A DNA stretch of 64,000 nucleotides, from the NCBI RefSeq assembly GCF_963921235.1, contig NC_086097.1, positions 22,012,001 to 22,076,000 on the forward strand. Direction: 5' to 3'. The DNA comes from Mobula hypostoma (lineage: Eukaryota). Both the position numbers and the translations under genes were made by a program. Positions 63,470 to 64,000 of this stretch are shown here, in pieces (the stretch's first letter is position 1; each line of letters starts with the position of its first letter). The notes beneath the pieces are model-generated. The model searched no databases. It was not told where the DNA came from and saw nothing but the letters and a program-made list of their open reading frames with translations.

Positions 63470-64000
63470 GGAGAATGGATCCAGGATTACTGGTATGTTC
63501 CATGTGTGGGATGTGGGAATTCTGAGACCTCCAGTCTCCCTGATAACCACATCTGCACAAAGTGCATCAAGCTGCAGCTCCTTGGAGATTGCATTAGGGA
63601 ACTGGAGCTGCAGCTGGCTGACCTTCAGCTCGTATGGGAGAATGAGGAGGTGATAGATAGGAACCACAGGGAGGTAGTCAGAAGGCTGCAGGAGGCAGGT
63701 GGCTGGGTGACTGTCAGAAGAAGGAAAGGGAATAGGCAGCCATTGCAGGGCACCACTTTGGCCATTGCCCTCAATAACAAGTATACTATTGGGGCGAATA
63801 GCCTACCAGGTTGAAGCCTCAGCGATTGGATCTCTGGCACTAAGTCTGGCTCTATGGCTCAGCAGGAAAGTGGGAGAAGAGGAGTGTAGTAGTAATTGGG
63901 GATTCCACAGTTAGAGGAACAGACAGGAGATTCTGTGGACTTGAAAGAGACACCCAGATGGTATGTTGCCTCCCAGGTGCCAGGGTCAAGGATGTCTCAG
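63470..64000 (+). mobile_element. CR1 ORF1 (Cys-rich knuckle, coiled coil, start of SGNH esterase); runs off window edge
   Basis: CSMCG...HICTKCIKLQLLGDCIRELELQLADL; VVVIGDSTVRGTDRRFCG...CCLPGARV. Confidence 0.88.

Overview
Eukaryotic, repeat-dominated 64-kb window. The repeat repertoire suggests a cartilaginous fish, probably a ray or skate (inference). I found no recognisable host-gene exon, rRNA, tRNA gene or CRISPR array, so it reads as intergenic or deep intronic DNA. Contents: many nested CR1-clade LINEs (including an SGNH-esterase ORF1, APE endonuclease and RT), Rex1/Babar-type LINE fragments, Penelope-like (GIY-YIG) element fragments, short RTE-derived elements with target-site duplications (TSDs), V-SINE-like SINEs, IR/DR-type Tc1 transposons (one transposase a single base from full length), a clean solo LTR with a 4-bp TSD, a 40-bp G-rich minisatellite and a degenerate 69-bp tandem repeat. 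The strongest signals are RNA-level: an intact minimal type I hammerhead ribozyme in a Penelope terminal repeat (with decayed siblings), and an HDV-like nested-pseudoknot pairing pattern at the 5' ends of short RTE derivatives. Both ribozyme-retroelement associations are known in other lineages. I cannot claim a wholly new system from this sequence. Family names come from motif recognition by eye, not database searches, and boundaries of old elements are approximate.
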